From contig JBHGNT010000003.1 in assembly GCA_043228905.1 (NCBI GenBank), positions 8,432,001 through 8,496,000 of the forward strand: DNA of 64,000 nt, written 5' to 3'. This document shows positions 61,501 through 64,000 of the stretch, piece after piece (position 1 is the stretch's first letter; each line of letters starts with the position of its first letter). A program made the position numbers and the translations under genes. This stretch comes from Azolla caroliniana. Its lineage: Eukaryota > Plantae > Polypodiophyta. Below the pieces are notes generated by a model, which saw only the letters and a list, made by a program, of their open reading frames with translations, was not told the DNA's origin and did no database searches.

Positions 61501-63457
61501 ATTGACGAAATCAGAGCAAAACTACTCTATGACAGAAAAAGAGTTCTTGGCAATTGTTTGGGCATTCCAGAAGTTCCACCCTTACCTGCATGGAACATCC
61601 GTCCAAGTAGAAACGGATCACCAACCATTGGTATCACTCATCCAAAAAACTCACCCACCGGGAAGACTACTACGATGGGCACTCACTTTGCAAGAATACA
61701 GTTTTACAATGATTTATCGGAGAGGAGCATCCAACACGGTTGTTGATGCTTTATCTCGGATGGAGTACCATGCCGCACAATGGGCGGAGGATTCTAATGT
61801 CCTCCCATTTCAGCCACAACAAATAGCACAAATGCAACAGCAAGACCCTGTGATCAAGGACCTCATCTTGCGAATACAAAATAGCCATGACAAGTAGGTA
61901 TACCGTCATTTTGTTTTAATTGACAACATACTCCATTTGTTAGTCAAGGCCTCCCTCCACGTCTATATTTATCGGAGTCATTACGAGCAACTTATCTCAA
62001 ATTCTATCATAATCATCGGTTGACAGGTCATTTTGGTTTCCATAAGCTCCTCCATCGCATTCGGTCAATGTATTATTGGTCAAAATTAAGACAGTCTATC
62101 TCTACATTCCTACAAACATGCCCCACATGTCAGATCGTAAAAAACCCACAGTCCACATATGGTACCTTGACACCCATTGAAGTCAAGGAACCTTTTGAGA
62201 TGGTGGGATGGGACCTCATGGGCCCGTTCCCAACATCAATACAAGGAAACAAATAGGTTTTGGTAATTACAGAATACTTGACATGTTGGTACCGGATGCA
62301 ACAGCAAATACAGTCGCCAACGCCCGTCTACAAAGGGTGATTTTTCCTCACGGATGCCCTCACCAAATTCTTTCAGATCAAGGATCACAGTTCCGAAGCG
62401 AAGTGATGCAAGTTCTCATGTAGAGTTTGGGAATGAAGCAGTTGTTTACATCGCCATATCATCCCCAGACTAACGGCCTCACGGAGAGAATGAATAAAAC
62501 CATTAAACAAACTATTGCCGCCTATGTTGATCCTTTACATCAATCATGGGATCAAGTATTGTCGTTCGCGGTACACGCATACAACACCTCGGTACAAGAA
62601 TCCACCAAGGTGAGTCCATTCAGGGCATTGTATGGCCGTGATCCTCATCTCCCACCAGACCCACACACCATAAAAGTCAACCCACATCATAGTGATGCCA
62701 CTTCGTGGTGGTTATACCTACAATCAAAGATGCCTCTTCTCTGATAAGCCATTCAATATAATTTGAGTAAAGCCTAACAACGACAAAAGAAATACTTCGA
62801 CAAATCACATAGGCCAACCACACTCAACATCGACGAATATGTTAGAGTCTATTACCCAGTACGGAAAAAGGGTCTTTGTGAATCATTCATGCACAGATGG
62901 TTAGGACCATACAAGATCATAACACGCATCGGCTCGAACACTTACCAGTTGCGCCGAGTCAATAAATCGACGGAAACAGTCGCACATGTCTCGTGGATTA
63001 GGCGCATACCTCCACCAACTGAGAATCTCCACCCCGACGACACCGGTGAGGACGCCACGGGTCTGTCGCAGCCATCGACACACTTGGATGTATCCACAGT
63101 CGAGGCGCAGGCGTATCCTCCACTCCGCATCAGACCATAGCCGCCCACAATCGTCACAACATCAACAGTGTCACAATCAACATCCCTGATAGGCATTGCA
63201 CAGTGACTTTCGTAGTTAAAAACCCTCGCTGCACAATAAAGAAAAGAAAAGCAAAGGAATAAGTGACTAGGTTTTAATATGTAATTTTTTTCTAAAAGGG
63301 GGAGGTGTCATGTGTGGGGGACCACACTAGATAGTTTGGTCCCAAGAGGAACCAATAAACTTGTAACTAACTAGGGGTAGAGCCAAGAAAGGTGGGAAAC
63401 CTTATAAAGAGAGATTCCTACCAAGAGAGATAGGGGTCGGTAATTGAGCACATTACA
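58598..63457 (+). mobile_element. Element F: short-LTR Ty3/Gypsy without chromodomain; LTRs 58598-58752 and 63306-63457
   Basis: 152-155-bp LTRs; PBS TGGTGGAAATAAC (tRNA-Ala-like); PPT AAAAGGGGGAGG; TSD ATAT (ambiguous inside TA repeat). Gag CFYCNNYGHVKKYC; RT YLDD; RNase H TDAS; integrase SDQG, PQTNGLTER, GPY. Many stops. Confidence 0.92.
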
Positions 63458-64000
63458 ATATATATATATATATATACATCCATACACACACATTGGATAT
63501 ATGTATACTTACACATACATCGGATATATACATGTATATTATATGCATATTACAAACATACATCCATATACGAGCTATACACATACTAAACATTAAAATA
63601 CACAGAAAATATAGATACATAAATACATTACATATATACACATACATACATACATACATTCATATATTCATTCATACATTGTTACACGTATATATGTACA
63701 TATGCCTACAATGTCTTACATATAAATTTTATAAGCACACACACATACATACATTACATGCAAGCATACACATACATACATTACATGTATGCATACACAT
63801 ACATATATTACATGCATGCATACACATACATACATTCCATAGATATGTACATATATATCACCACATACACACACACACATAGTCATACACACAACAATAG
63901 TACATATATACATACACATACATACATTAGATATATACATACATATTACAAGCACACATCTATACACATTGAATCATGTACATTGGCATACGCGTATACG

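Larger units (their letters stand above)
53170..64000. repeat. Degenerate TA/CA-rich low-complexity tract, split into 53170-53439, 58177-58597 and 63458-64000 by two LTR insertions
   Basis: Continuous ACAT/ATAT/ACAC composition on either side of both elements. Confidence 0.85.

Noticed and set aside
63453-63967. His/Ile/Tyr/Cys-rich ORFs (also 53112-53369 and 58193-58381)
   Set aside because: Artefacts of TA/CA low-complexity DNA.

Overview
This is eukaryotic land-plant nuclear DNA, probably from a seed-free plant such as a fern (inferred from the transposon clades; the species cannot be determined). It holds one host gene: an intact 8-exon calcium-dependent protein kinase (CDPK, minus strand, 283-4112, 497 aa). 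The remaining ~59 kb is a nested transposon block. Nest 1: a Copia element (8.6-18.6 kb) carrying two non-autonomous LTR elements (A, D), itself inserted into a second Copia. Between the nests lie Sola-like and MULE-like DNA transposon relics. Nest 2 is four levels deep: L1 LINE > gypsy C > chromovirus E > gypsy B. A Bianca-type Copia and a short-LTR gypsy (F) sit in a TA/CA-rich tract at the end. The most striking signal is one tRNA-Trp-primed gypsy lineage (A, B, C). Its members carry tRNA-like/Pol III modules inside their LTRs, all have 4-bp TSDs centred on CpG inside other transposons' coding DNA, and (B, C) share a -1 frameshift signal and pseudoknot located after the protease. Also notable: a hairpin-repeat/spacer array in the chromovirus leader, an arthropod-like gypsy, and duplicated splice acceptors in the CDPK. 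Everything was read by eye. Clade names are from recalled knowledge, and LTR difference counts are manual.
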